Below, one piece after another: positions 1 through 13,480 of a stretch of DNA of 64,000 nucleotides. Origin of the DNA: Paraspadella gotoi (Eukaryota; Animalia; Chaetognatha); assembly GCA_051294375.1 (NCBI GenBank), contig CM119267.1:8102683-8166682 (forward strand), read 5' to 3'. The position numbers and the translations under genes are program-made. Positions within the stretch are counted from its first letter, which is position 1; the number at the start of each line of letters is the position of its first letter. The notes under the pieces were generated by a model. It saw only the letters and a program-made list of their open reading frames with translations, was not told the origin of the DNA and did not search any database.

Positions 1-252
1 GCCGTCATTCGAAAAGTTCCAAAGCTTAAAAACGTTGGTACCCAAAACAAAAAGACATCAAGAGAAAAAAGAATAGAGAGAGAGAGAGAGAGCGAGGGGT
101 TAATAGCAAGAGTTGAAGAAAGAGAAGAGAAAAATAAAAGAAGGAGACAACAAAGGGAAGAGAGTCAAGGTGACAAGTGAGACAGAGAGAGGGGTTGCAT
201 TGGGCAGCAATTACAAATCCTAAAAAGGGCAATCGAAGCAGCTTATCCTCCC

Positions 253-616
253 TGTTAGTAATATTTTTAATTAGCCTCCAATTTAGTAATTAACTTTCGT
301 TCAAATTTTGTCTCTCTAAATTTTCTCAGTTCCAAAGTTTAATATTTCATAGATTCCAGAACTCAGCGCCTATTTTGTAAACATTTTGTCTAAGTAGAAT
401 AAACAAGAAGAGAGACGAGAGGAGGCTCGAGATTTAGTGTATTCCATTTTTTAGATCTCAAGGATTAAGACGCAATATTTTTATCACTGTTTAATTTTCT
501 AATACAACTTTGGCAATCTACAATTATTTCAGGTAACTTTAAAAATCTTAGACAGACTATGCATAGTTCAGCTCTCTATCCGTCATCTTTTGAGGCCACA
601 GACACGTTACCCAACA
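253..616 (+). repeat. 5' LTR
   Basis: TGTTAGTAATATTTT...CACGTTACCCAACA; matches 6891-7253 apart from mostly homopolymer-type indels. Confidence 0.9.
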
Positions 617-628
617 TGGTGGCCAGCG
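617..628 (+). promoter_or_regulatory. Primer-binding site, tRNA-Leu-like
   Basis: TGGTGGCCAGCG abuts the LTR end; it resembles TGGTGGCAGCG, the complement of the eukaryotic tRNA-Leu 3' end, with one extra C that may be a homopolymer error. Confidence 0.7.
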
Positions 629-3541
629 TTGTTCGCTTAACGGACAGCCTCAAGTTTATCTGTTGCGGTACGGATATTTGTTTTTTCCGATTGAATAAGG
701 GCGGTTTAACATTAAGATTTTTTTTTCTTTTCCCAATGAACGAAATGCATTGTTAAAGGTGAAGAAATTTTTTCTTAAAACTTTAGTATATTTTCTGTTT
801 TGTTTTAGCCTCTCTGGACATTAGAATTGATTTATGATTTGGAAAAAGAACAATTTTTTGGATATTTCTTAAGCTCGAAAACCAAACATTAACCTAAAGC
901 AAAATAAATAGAATCACGACTTTCTTTTACGTCAGTTGATACGAGGTCACTAGGGTAGGAACCCGAATATTTTTATTTTCAGTCTCGATCGACGTCCCAG
1001 TCATCCGGAAACGAACGATTTTTCGAGTTTTCTTTCCTTTACATTTCTCACGCACAGAGCATCTCTCCGACTTGTAAAAGAATGTTTTCTCGACTTTCGA
1101 CGATTCAACGAATTTTTTAATGGATAACTAAAAGTTTCGGATTTCTTACTGGACATAAAAGATTAATTTAGTGTAAACGATGTTGATCTATGTTTAACTA
1201 TTTCTGACGTTTTGGGTTTAATTATTTATTTTTGCTCGGTTTCCTATTTAGATTGTTTTCGACATGAAATTTCTTTTCGTGTTATCTTTGCACGGTTGAA
1301 ACGACAATGTATTTTGTGTAACAAATAATGCACGGTATGTAGATAGTATTTTGAAATTGTAGTCAATAATATAAACAAGTTATGGAACGGGAATTTTCCT
1401 TCCTTTGGGCGGAGGTGAAAGCGTACCTAAAAAACGAAAAAATTATCTGAGTAAACAAATTTATACTACTTTTACCAGGATTTACAAGGAAACCAGAACC
1501 GGACCGTTAAGATCTCGAATTTCGATTACGGATTCACGATGGATTGCTCTAAGAGCTACAACCGATCATTTCATTGTCCTCACATGTTGAATTGAATCAA
1601 TGGCCGACGCAAGCGAGCGAACCCGCCGATCGACGAAGGGGCGACTCAGCTCGCGAACTCATTGAAAAATTTTAGAGATTGCTCGCGGGAGATACGACAT
1701 TTTGGGCGCTTCCGGCCGCTTCCCAGCGTGACGACATCGCGAACTGTTTAATCCGCAAATAAGGCATTATCCGCTTCCGCCGCCGTAATTCAAACGATGG
1801 AGAGCCGAATGTGCTGCCGTCCTGCGTTTCTGCTTTCTCCGTTCGCAGCCTTCTGACCAACGAATGTTCCCTCACTGCCGCAGTAACCATTATCCACAGC
1901 CGCCTTTGCCGCCGCTGTATTTCTCGGACAAATGCGTTAGGAGTTCGTTTCCATGTTTAATCCTGCGAATACCCAGAACGACAACGACACGATCATCAGC
2001 AAATGGGGCGTTGTGGGGCGTGGCCGACGCCGTACAAAAACATTTTCATTGAAAGGAGTTTTCAACGTCTTGGGGCTTATCGAATGCTTCTGCCATGCCA
2101 GCCGCCGCCGCGCCAGGATTTGCTTCTCCTGTTCGTAGACTCTGCCGCATTGAGATCTCCGCGCCCGGGTTCGCATAGGCACCACTTGCTTTTTAAATTT
2201 TTATTTATTTATTAATTAGAGCGAATGGTGACGCTGCTGATTGAATTAAAATACATTTAATAATTAAATAATCGTACGAGAGTGAATCGCATCGATTGAA
2301 AGTGAGAGTTTCCTTTTTACTCCCGAGGGAAGCGGGGTATGTAGGAATATCAAGTAAATTGTTCCAGTAAAAAGGAAACTAAATTATACCGAACGGCGAA
2401 AAAAAAAAAAAAAAAAAAAAAAATAAAAAAAAAAAAAAAAGGGATTGGCAAGGAATGTATGCTGGGAATTATTTTTTCTGACATCACATGCAATGACTTG
2501 TCCATTGAAGAAGATGCCTGTAGGCTAACAGCAACCGACTATGAAAACTACAACTTTTCGAACACTGAAATTAACAAACTGAAAGACTTAGACAGCAAAA
2601 CAAAACAAAAGGGGCCTGATAGAAAGTTTTAGGAAAGTGAGCGTTAAAGGTCCAAACTTTGATCAAGAAAAGCAGAAAATTCTTGTTTGAAATGCTTGAG
2701 TGAGAGAGCGACACCAAAGAAAGTGAATTTCCGGGTTGATTTGTTTGAGATTGAATACTGGAAGAAAGAAAAAAATGATAGAAACACTGATGCCGAGAAA
2801 TGAATGTTTGAGATCTAAATTAAACATTTAGAAATTAGCGACGTCAAAGAATTTAATGGAAATTGATATGAGGTGTCGTGTGTCTTCGCAAATTTAATGA
2901 GTTGTTAGATAAATATTTGCATATGTAATGGTAAATGAATGTCCGAATTTTATTAGGTAAGGCATTCAATGACAGTATGATATCAAAAACATATATAAAA
3001 AAAATAAAAGGGTGAAAGGGTTACCTTATTCCGCTTCTCAAGAGAAGCTAAATATAGTAGCTGGACAGACCGACCGAAAACCGGAAATATAAATTTCTGT
3101 TAAAACTCTGTTTTTTGTCGATTTTAGAGTTGTCTTTTATTGGCTTAGATATAGATATAACATTATTGTTCGTTTCATACCATCGACTTTAAATGCCGCC
3201 CAATCAATTATCGAGAAGTTTTGGAACCGGCGACGAAAATTCAAAAAAATGTCAGAGGCCTAAAAATATTTCGCGAATATTTATTAAAATTCCACAGGGC
3301 TGAGGTTTATCCCTAACAAAACCTTCTCTGAGGAGAAACAAAATGAAATGAATTTATTTTTGAAAGGGGAAAAGAGGGCCCTTGGTAAAAATATCTAAAA
3401 TATCTAAAAATAAATTCAGCTGACTCAGAAATCTTCCTTAGAATTCTTTTTGGGCCTGGATCTGAAGTGGAATCCGCTGCACCTCAGGGCGTTGAAACTT
3501 CAAGACATCAAACAAATCCGCTTGCAGGATGGCAGTTGTAC

Positions 3542-3692
3542 AAGGTAAAGGTTTGTGATGGGTTTCCAAAGGTAAAAGGTTTGCGCACGAGGTTTCAAAG
3601 GTAAAGGTTTGCGAGAGGTTTCCAAAGCGTTAAAAGGTTGTTGCGCAGAGGTTTTCAAGGTTAAAGCGTCTGCGAGAGGTGTAAATGTAAAG
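3542..3692 (+). repeat. Degenerate ~27-bp minisatellite inside the LTR element
   Basis: About 5 copies of an AAGGTAAAGGTTTGCGAGAGGTTTCC-like unit. Confidence 0.75.
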
Positions 3693-6600
3693 GACTAAAT
3701 GGAAGCAACGGAGCATTCTCCTGCTGCTGTAAATACTATATCAATTAAAAACGATACAAAGAAAAGTGTCGATAAAACGTCACTTCGACACGATATTTAT
3801 TTAACAAAAGAAAAGTGTACGAATAAACGTCACTTCGGACTGCATGATTTATTAGCAAAACAAACCGAAACTCGAGATTGAGAAGTCGAGTTCAAGAATG
3901 TATGAATTGCCAAACGCTTTCACAATTAGAGAAGCGTCAAAGAATTCTAAAATTACAAAACGCACTCGACCGAAATACAAAGATGGAAATCGTGATCATA
4001 AATAACGATACTCGGCTCCGAAAAGCGACGCTTTACAATTAGAGTCCACATGACTAACGAATATTACGACACATTCGCGCTTTCAAAATAAATAGTCAGG
4101 CAAATTATTTTAGGTTATTTGTAAAGCGAAAATTGGAAAGGTCGATTAAATTAATATTAGTCGATACTAAACAATTGATCGAAAATGGCGAGAAAGTACA
4201 CCACGATACGGACATTGTAATTACCAATACTGTTTTAAAATAATGTCGACAACGCTACTATACACCTGGGAATGAGACGGACGAATCACTGCACGCATTC
4301 GAATGTCATGTTTGTGGAGGTTATAACAAAAACCGGACAGTGAAAGAGAAACCATCGATAAAAATGCCGTTCGCCGCCGAAGACAAATACTTTCCTGCCG
4401 ATCTGTTGGGCCCGATTAGCAAACTCGATCGATGCGTAAATGTGTAACTCAACGAAAAGTTGGATCGAACTATTTTCGAACATTGGAGTACAAGTACAAC
4501 AAAGTACGTACGTCAGTAGACTCAAACAGTACTCGAAGCGATTAAATAAAAATCTTCTGCATTCGGAATTTAGAACATGGTTAGATAAAGAACCGAACTT
4601 ACGAAAATGGGTCGACATTTGAAGAAGTCGAACTCTCCATTAACATGAGTCCCTGCGTCTCGTTAGCTGGCGAAGGAGTTAGTGTTAGACAATAATGTAC
4701 GATGCCGCGACCGGAACTCAACCTGGAATACTCAAGGAACGCAAGTTTAGCGGAACTCGATCGACCGACTGCTGTTCTGCATACTGACAGCCAATTCAAG
4801 AACGACCGTTTTAGTAAGGAAATGTGGGAGTAGCTAAAGTCTCGTAGGAACTATTGACTTAAGTTGATCGATCGAAAGCGAAATTAAAATTATATATTCA
4901 AAGTTAATTCAAATCGTTAATAACATAATATTTGATATGATGAAACGAATTGAGAATGAAACATGCATGTTGTCATGTTGCCATCGAAGTCAACCAACGT
5001 GATAATGGTTGACAAATTAGAAATATGAATATTAATTATTTGATCAATTAATAATTAATAGAACCTAAATAAGACGTGTTTACATTGAAATAACATTCGA
5101 ATGGGTTTACCTAAACTTTGGAGTGATCTTCGATGTCCGCGATTGGTTTTTCGATTTGCGCTGAGGCGCGACCGGACGCTTCTATTCTTGTTTGCAATGA
5201 TTGAGCAGAGACAGGGAACGACAAACGATACATGGAACTTGACGACCCTGAAATCATAATTTGTTTGCACCCTTTTACCTCAAAATAACCTGTTTGCACG
5301 AATCTGTTCGCACTCTGTCATTTCGACTTAAATTGATTTTTGATGTTTCGGCACTTAATTAATTTGCACCTTTCTCTTAACTACCCAACGATGACATTGT
5401 AGGTGACGATGCCGATGAGCAATGCCAGACAGACAGTTGACAATGAACAAGAACGACCAAGTAAAGAGTAGAATGGTCGGGCTGAAGTGTAAAATGCGCC
5501 GCAGACTGAACGAACGACGAAGACGGCGTCGAACTCGAAACAAAGTTCGGAGTTGTCGCTGTCCCGACGCCGCCGTTAAAAGACGGCGTTGCCCGTCGGA
5601 AGGACCGCATTGCGGCACTCGATGGCCCCAGCGAACTGAGGCTGCCGGCACATTACTGCTGAGCCAAGGGGAAGGGCTCAGCACGTCTGAGCTCGCCTTT
5701 GAAAGGCATGGAAGACAAAATGGCGATTACGAAAATCATTCTTATTATCTATTTAGTGATGTGGCGAACGGTCATTAAACGCCAGAACGGAAATAGATGG
5801 CGTCGGTTTCGCCACGTGGTCCACGCCTCTGACTGAGATTGTTTAGGTGAATAATTAAAATTGTTCCAAGACAAAGTCTTTATTTTGTTCATTAATAAAA
5901 CAGAACCTTAATAAAATAAAATCAAAGCATATAGATATTCTATATGCATTAACAAGAATACAAAATATGCAATATTGCTAAATGGCAATAAACATATTAA
6001 TTAAACATTAATCAACATTAATAAACATAACGTTAATAGACATGAACGATGGTAGAGATGAATACTTTGTGAATGAGTTAGGAATGAACTTGGAAAGGTA
6101 ACAGGAATAAAGAAACCAATAATAAATGATACACTAGAGTGATCTACATAACTATACATAATTATAGTGTTCACTTGTTTTCAAGTATGTTATGCTACAG
6201 AACTTATATAAGAAACTTCTTGTGTGGGTCTGCCACTGAGTCCGTGATCGTGGCTGGGAAAAACGGGTTCCAGCCTACCAGTGAAAATAAAGAATTATAG
6301 TTATCGAAACTGAATTTAAATTTTGAATTTTAATAAATAAATTTAAAATTTATGAAAATTATTATGAAGCGAATTCTAATTATAATTTGCTGAACTGACC
6401 GTTCACTTACCATTTTAGGATTGGGAGCAGGAAGAGCAGGATTGAGTTCTTTATATCGAATATTGTGAACCGATGAGATCATTAAAATTGATTGATGTTT
6501 TAGGGAAAAGATATCGAAAAAATAGATCAAGCGACATTAATGATTGCCATATTCCGCGCGGAGGAATTGTTTGTTTGATGTTTGTTTATATATTGGTTCC

Positions 6601-6880
6601 CGATATATATATATATATATAATTAATTTTACATTTTAGTTCGACTGTTTGGACGGCAGTTTCGACTCATTTTCAAAACAATTTTATTTTTGTACGTTTT
6701 TTTCATATTAGATGCAGCGCAGATTTATTTTTGTCCTTAATTTACTTTTCCCCAATTTAGCTATATGTGATCTTGTAATACTGTTTAAACATTAGATTAT
6801 TTGTACTACTGCTTTACATGTGATCATTTGTACCACTGTTTCGCTTACTCATCTATTTGCCATTTAACAAAATTTGTTTT

Positions 6881-6890
6881 GGGGGGGAGA
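6881..6890 (+). promoter_or_regulatory. Polypurine tract (PPT)
   Basis: GGGGGGGAGA immediately 5' of the 3' LTR, preceded by a T-rich run. Confidence 0.85.
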
Positions 6891-7253
6891 TGTTAGTAAT
6901 ATTTTAATTAGCCTCCAATTTAGTAATTAACTTTCGTCAATTTTGTCTCTCTAATTTTCTCAGTTCAAAGTTTAATATTTCATAGATTCCAGGAACTCAG
7001 CGCCTATTTTGTAACATTTTGTCTAAGTAGAATAAAACAAAGGAAGAGAGACGAGAGGGAGGCCGAGATTTTTAGTGTATTCCATTTTTAGTCTCAAGGG
7101 ATAAGACGCAATATTTTATCACTGTTTAATTTTCTAATACAACTTGGAAATCTACAATTATTTCAGGTAACTTCAAAAACTAATTAGACAGACTATGCAT
7201 AGTTAAGCTCTCTATCCGTCATCTTTTGAGGGCCACAGACCACGTTACCAACA
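6891..7253 (+). repeat. 3' LTR
   Basis: TGTTAGTAATATTTT...CACGTTACCAACA; copy of 253-616. Confidence 0.9.
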
Positions 7254-8104
7254 TTCCCCGTCGTCCAATACAGAACTAATAATAAATTAAGAATAAGAGA
7301 AAATTGCAAAGACTATGATTTTAGAGCAAGCATTAAAAATTCTTTGTAAGCGTAAACAAGATATGAGCCGATGACGAAAAAGGAAATTTTAGCTTCTCTA
7401 ATTTACTCACCATTTTGCCGAAAAAATATCGATCGATGACCCGAAAAAAAAAGCGGGAATTCTCGTTTTACGTTGTTTCAATGTTTCTGAAACCAAATAT
7501 TTGTTTCTCCTCACTATGGCGGACGATGGCAGATTTTTTAAAGCTACAATGTTCAAGAAATTTTTTTTATTCAATATTCTTCTTTTTCTTCCAAGTATTT
7601 TTCCATATTTTGGTGCGAGTCCAAGTTCGGAATCGAAATGACGAGAATAAGAGAAGAGATTCCGATCTTCGATCAGACCAGACCAGACGCGGCCGGAGGG
7701 TAATAACCGGTTGAAGAGAGAGAGAGAGGGAGAGAGAGAGAGAGAGAGGAGAGAGGGAAGGAACTGCCGAGATCGGCGAGGGTCTTAACAGATCTGTGCG
7801 TCAAGAAGGTAGTATTTTAGGTGAGGTAAGGAGAGTCGGAAGTGATCATCTTCGCCCCGGCGCGGGAACTGAAAAGGTTAGGAGAAGGCGTTTAAAGGGT
7901 GACGCGAGTAGGAGAAAGGGGGGAATGAGGGAAGTAATTTCGGTGACATGATAAATCAATTTTACAGCAATTATACACTATGTACTAAACAAATTAATTT
8001 TGAACGAAAAGATCAGAAAGAAACGGAGTGAGAGAGAGCGCTTTGATCTGATTCAGCCATAGACTGGATGAGGTACTAAAAGAAACCTCGACACCGACAC
8101 CATC

Positions 8105-8109
<5 letters not shown>

Positions 8110-8173
<64 letters not shown>

Positions 8174-8736
8174 GAACCAGCGTGGTGAAGCGACAAGTAG
8201 AAGCAGAAAATAAGACTTTTTTTTTCCTCCTGAATTTCGACGATTGTTCAGTGAATTCTGGTTGTTATTGAAACTTCTTTCACCGTGAAAATCGCAATTC
8301 TAAAAAAAGAAAGAAAAAAAAACCTCAGGAAAAAAGAAAAGAGAGAATAAGAAATCTCTTTGGGAAAGAACGGAATCAAAACTCTCACATAATTTTGTAT
8401 GTGTATTCAGCGAGCGTGATTGATATTTCAACTTTTTACAGGATGTTTGTTTGATCAATGACGATGCTCTTATGTCTACTCGGGCATAGAAAAAAAGCGC
8501 GAAAGCAACATCGTTAATCTTTGAAGATAAAGATTCGTGTTGACGACGATAGAAAACTGACGACGACGACGAAAACAACGACAACGACGAACGACGACGA
8601 CAGTAAACTCGTTTCTTCGTGAAATCTATGTCGTGAAAGTCACCTGAGTCGAACTCGAGGTTTATCCTCTTCTTGCATCTCTTCAGCGGGGATCCTTTCT
8701 GTTGCCATTCTTTTCTTTTCAGCCTCTCAGCTCTCG

Positions 8737-8804
<68 letters not shown>

Positions 8805-9085
8805 ATCTCTCTCTCTCTCTTCTCTCTCTCTTTTCCTTTCACTTTCTCTCTCTTAATTTCTTTCTCCATTATTCCACCCTTTCCTTTTCTTATTCTAAAA
8901 GCACCTTCGCTTTTTTCTCCCTCTCCTTTTCCTCATTTATTTTTTTACCTCTTCTTTTACTCCTTTCTTTTTCCTCCTTTTTTCCTCGCTTCCTCTTTTC
9001 TTGGCGGTAAATAAAAGTCAAACCTCTTTCGCTCTCTCCAAGGCTTTAAAGAGGCATCTTGCCTTTATTCAGTCTTCGCTCTCAT

Positions 9086-9158
<73 letters not shown>

Positions 9159-12117
9159 CTCTTTCGGCGTTTTTATTTTATTTTCCTTCCGACCGGTAAG
9201 TCTCCTTTTTCCTCTAAGAAAAAAAAGACTTTTCGCGAAACAATTTTGTTCTTTTATCTTTAAGCTTAAAATTTCCTTTTAAGGGAATACATGTGAAAGG
9301 TACAATATCTAGGTACATGTGAAAGGATATGGAAGCGCCTGCATTGATAACTCCTTTACTTTAGTCATTCAATGCATTTTTTTCAATAAACGCTGGCAGG
9401 TACAATGTACATCAACAACGAAAATCATCAAAAAATAATAGTTTACGGACTTTCTATCCAATTCTTCTGATATTCATTTCTTCAGTTATTTCCCCCCTTT
9501 CTGATTCATCCCTCACTTCTCTCTCCCATCTCAATCTCTCTGCCCAGACCCAACCCTTTAATATCTCATCTCTCAGCCCTCTTGACCCAACTCCTTTCAA
9601 TTCTCCGTCCGCTTTTTTGTTTGTCTTTCCTCCAATCCGCCGTTCTTCGCCATCTCCCTCTCTCGGCAAATCCCGAAACAAATTCCTTGGCCATCATTGC
9701 CGATTTCCTTTTATATTTTCGGAGGCTTTCTCCGTTAGAGACGACATTGCATGGATTCCCATTTTTTTTTTCACATCTGTTTTTAGGGGTTGAGCGTCGT
9801 TTTAAGTTTTCTTTTGCTGCCATGATGTCTAGAGAAAACAAAGGGATTGTGAAGTTTCAATGTTTGTTAAAATGTTTTTTATTCTTCACTTAAGAAAACA
9901 ACCGTTATTTTCATTCTTTTTTAAATCGTGTGAGCTAAATAAAAACGAATACGTAATGTTCTATATCAAAAATACCTTTCATTCACACAAAACTTACTTC
10001 CTTTCGGTTCTCTATATTGAGACCCTCTCTTTCCCTCACCTCACACCCCATTCCATTTTTCCCAAAACGCCGCTCCATTGNNNNNNNNNNNNNNNNNNNN
10101 NNNNNGAGAGAGAGAGAGAGAGAGAGAGCGGAACCAGCGGGGTGAAAGCGACACGTAGAAGCAGAAAATAAGACTTTTTTTTCCTCCTGAATTTCGACGA
10201 TTGTTTCAGTGAATTCTGGTTGTGATTGAAACTTCTTTCACCGTGAAAATCGCAATTCTAAAAAAAGAAAGAAAAAAAACCTCAGGAAAAAAGAAAAGAG
10301 AGAATAAGAAATCTCTTTGGGAAAGAACGGAATCAAAACTCTCACATAATTTTGGTGATGTGTATTCAGCGAGCGTGATTGATATTTCCAACTTTTTCAC
10401 AGGATGTTTGTTTGATCAATGACGATGCTCTTATGTCTAACTCGGGCATAGAAAAAAAGCGCGAAGCAACATCGTTAATCTTTGAAGATAAAGATTCGTG
10501 TTGACGACGATAGAAACGACGACGACGACGAAAACAACGACAACGACGAACGACGACGACAGTAAACTCCGTTTCTTCGTGAAATCTATGATCGTGAAAG
10601 TCACCTGAGTCGAACTCGAGGTTTTATCCTCTTCTTGGCATCTCTTCAGCGGGGATCCTTTCTGTTGCCACTTCTTTTCTTTNNNNNNNNNNNNNNNNNN
10701 NNNNNNNNNNNNNNNNNNNNNNNNNNNNNNNNNNNNNNNNNNNNNNNNNNNNNNNNNNNNNNNNNNNNNNNNNNNNNNNNNNNNNNNNNNNNNNNNNNNN
10801 NNNNNNNNNNNNNNNNNNNNNNNNNNNNNNNNNNNNNNNNNNNNNNNNNNNNNNNNNNNNNNNNNNNNNNNNNNNNNNNNNNNNNNNNNNNNNNNNNNNN
10901 NNNNNNNNNCTTTCACTTTCTCTCTCTTAATTTCTTTCTCCATTATTCCACCCCTTTCCTTTTCTTATTCTAAAAGCACCTTTTCGCTTTTTTCTCCCTC
11001 TCCTTTTCCTCATTTATTTTTTCCTCTTCTTTTACTCCTTTCTTTTTCCTCTCTTTTTTCCTCGCTTCCTCTTTTCTTTGGCCGGTAATAAAAGTCAAAC
11101 CTCTTTCGCTCTCTCCAAGGCTTTAAAGAGGCCATCTTGCCTTTATTCAGTCTTCGCTCTTCATCTTTTCTCTCTCTCNNNNNNNNNNNNNNNNNNNNNN
11201 NNNNNNNNNNNNNNNNNNNNNNNNNNNNNNNNNNNNNNNNNNNNNNNNNNNNNNNNNNNNNNNNNNNNNNNNNNNNNNNNNNNNNNNNNNNNNNNNNNNN
11301 NNNNNNNNNNNNNNNNNNNNNNNNNNNNNNNNNNNNNNNNNNNNTCTCCCTTTTTCCCTCTAAGAAAAAAAAGACTTTTCGCGAAACAATTTTGTTCTTT
11401 TATCTTTAAGCTTAAAATTTCCTTTTAAGGGAATACATGTGAAAGGTACAATATCTAGGTACATGTGAAAGGATATGGAAGCGCCTGCATTGATAACTCC
11501 TTTAACTTTTTAGTCATTCAAATGCATTTTTTCAATAAAACGCTGGCAGGTACAATGTACATCAAACAACGAAAATCATCAAAAAATAATAGTTTNNNNN
11601 NNNNNNNNNNNNNNNNNNNNNNNNNNNNNNNNNNNNNNNNNNNNNNNNNNNNNNNNNNNNNNNNNNNNNNNNNNNNNNNNNNNNNNNNNNNNNNNNNNNN
11701 NNNNNNNNNNNNNNNNNNNNNNNNNNNNNNNNNNNNNNNNNNNNNNNNNNNNNNNNNNNNNNNNNNNNNNNNNNNNNNNNNNNNNNNNNNNNNNNNNNNN
11801 NNNNNNNNNNNNNNNNNNNNNNNNNNNNNNNNNNNNNNNNNNNNNNNNNNNNNNNNNNNNNNNNNNNNNNNNNNNNNNNNNNNNNNNNNNNNNNNNNNNN
11901 NNNNNNNNNNNNNNNNNNNNNNNNNNNNNNNNNNNNNNNNNNNNNNNNNNNNNNNNNNNNNNNNNNNNNNNNNNNNNNNNNNNAATACGTAATGTTCTAT
12001 ATTTAGAAATACCTTTCATTCACCAAAAACTTACTTCCTCTCGGTTCTCTTATATTGAGACCCTCTCTTTCCCTCACCTCGCTCCCCATTCCATTTTCCC
12101 AAAACGCCGCTCCATTG
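8110..12117 (+). repeat. ~2-kb tandem duplication across a 25-N gap (likely assembly redundancy)
   Basis: ~8150-10080 is repeated at 10106-12117. The first copy stops at the 25-N gap (10081-10105) and differences are mainly single-base indels. Confidence 0.85.
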
Positions 12118-12524
12118 ATTCATCCAAAGTCATTCTTCGTTCCATAAATTCGCGTCGATGCCTTTTGTCTGCGAAAATCGCAGCTGGCTCTCGCCGCGCC
12201 GAGGTCGGCAAGCGGTTTTTAGCGGAATTAAGTTCATTTGAGGAATAAAGGAACATTTATGGAACGAGTTTGAGAGGAGAGATCGGAGAGAGTTTCAAAA
12301 AAGGATTTCAAATCTATAAAAAAAAATCAACAAATGACGAAAATTAAGTGGTTTTTAATGTTTGATTTCGAGAAAGTTTCTCTTCAAAAAATAGATAATG
12401 GGCTTGTCAAATAAGCAAATAATCAATCGTTAACGAATAACGATTGAATAAAAAATTTTCGAGCTGGATTTGGAACAAAGAAGGATGGATTAAATAGAAA
12501 AGAAAGATTTCATTCGATGTTTGC

Positions 12525-12622
<98 letters not shown>

Positions 12623-13265
12623 TGTCACTTGGAGAGACCCCCTCTGGTCTACGGTCCACAATGGAGGGAAGAGTGATCTAACTAATTTCAAAAGATAAAT
12701 GCTCATCATTTTTACATCCGTATTACAGTTATCTCTCTCTCTCTCTTTCTTAATCTCTCTCTCTCCTGCTCCCCGAACAAAGTCCTCATTATATTAGACC
12801 CTGACAGGCCATGGACCTAGACAGCTCAAAGACCCAGATATCCCTCTGAACTGGAGTTATTTCGATTTTTCTCACCGAAAAGTGATGAGATTCATCAAAT
12901 TTTTAGAGCATGAATTTTTGTCACACTTTTATCTCAGAATATCACATAGAATTCTCTTNNNNNNNNNNNNNNNNNNNNNNNNNNNNNNNNNNNNNNNNNN
13001 NNNNNNNNNNNNNNNNNNNNNNNNNNNNNNNNNNNNNNNNNNNNNNNNNNNNNNNNNNNNNNNNNNNNNNNNNNNNNNNNNNNNNNNNNNNNNNNNNNNN
13101 NNNNNNNNNNNNNNNNNNNNNNNNNNNNNNNNNNNNNNNNNNNNNNNNNNNNNNNNNNNNNNNNNNNNNNNNNNNNNNNNNNNNNNNNNNNNNNNNNNNN
13201 NNNNTTTTTTGGAACAAAACGACGAATATAAAAACCAAACAAAAAATAAATGAAAGCAACGAAAC

Positions 13266-13301
<36 letters not shown>

Positions 13302-13432
13302 TGTCGCGTTCTTATTCAGTTACGCAAGGGGAAAACTCGGGAGAACAGAATTTTATTGGATTGCCGCCAATGTGACTCTAATTTGTCTCCATTTCGCTCT
13401 TTTTCCGTTTTTCTTCTCTCCGCCTCCATTCA

Positions 13433-13480
<48 letters not shown>

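Larger units (their letters stand above)
253..7253 (+). mobile_element. LTR retrotransposon-like element, apparently non-autonomous (no intact gag/pol seen)
   Basis: ~364-bp direct repeats at 253-616 and 6891-7253, each starting TGTT and ending AACA. TGG-initiated PBS directly after the 5' LTR, polypurine tract directly before the 3' LTR. Flanks CTCCC (248-252) and TTCCC (7254-7258) form a 5-bp TSD with one mismatch. Confidence 0.9.

Noticed and set aside
3542-3692. CRISPR-like array
   Set aside because: Units are contiguous degenerate repeats with no unique spacers, the context is eukaryotic, and no cas genes are present.
6222-6285. Short GC-rich patch in the LTR element with CTGAGTCCGTGA (hammerhead-like) or tRNA-like motif
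   Set aside because: The catalytic core (CUGANGA...GAAA) is incomplete and no cloverleaf forms.
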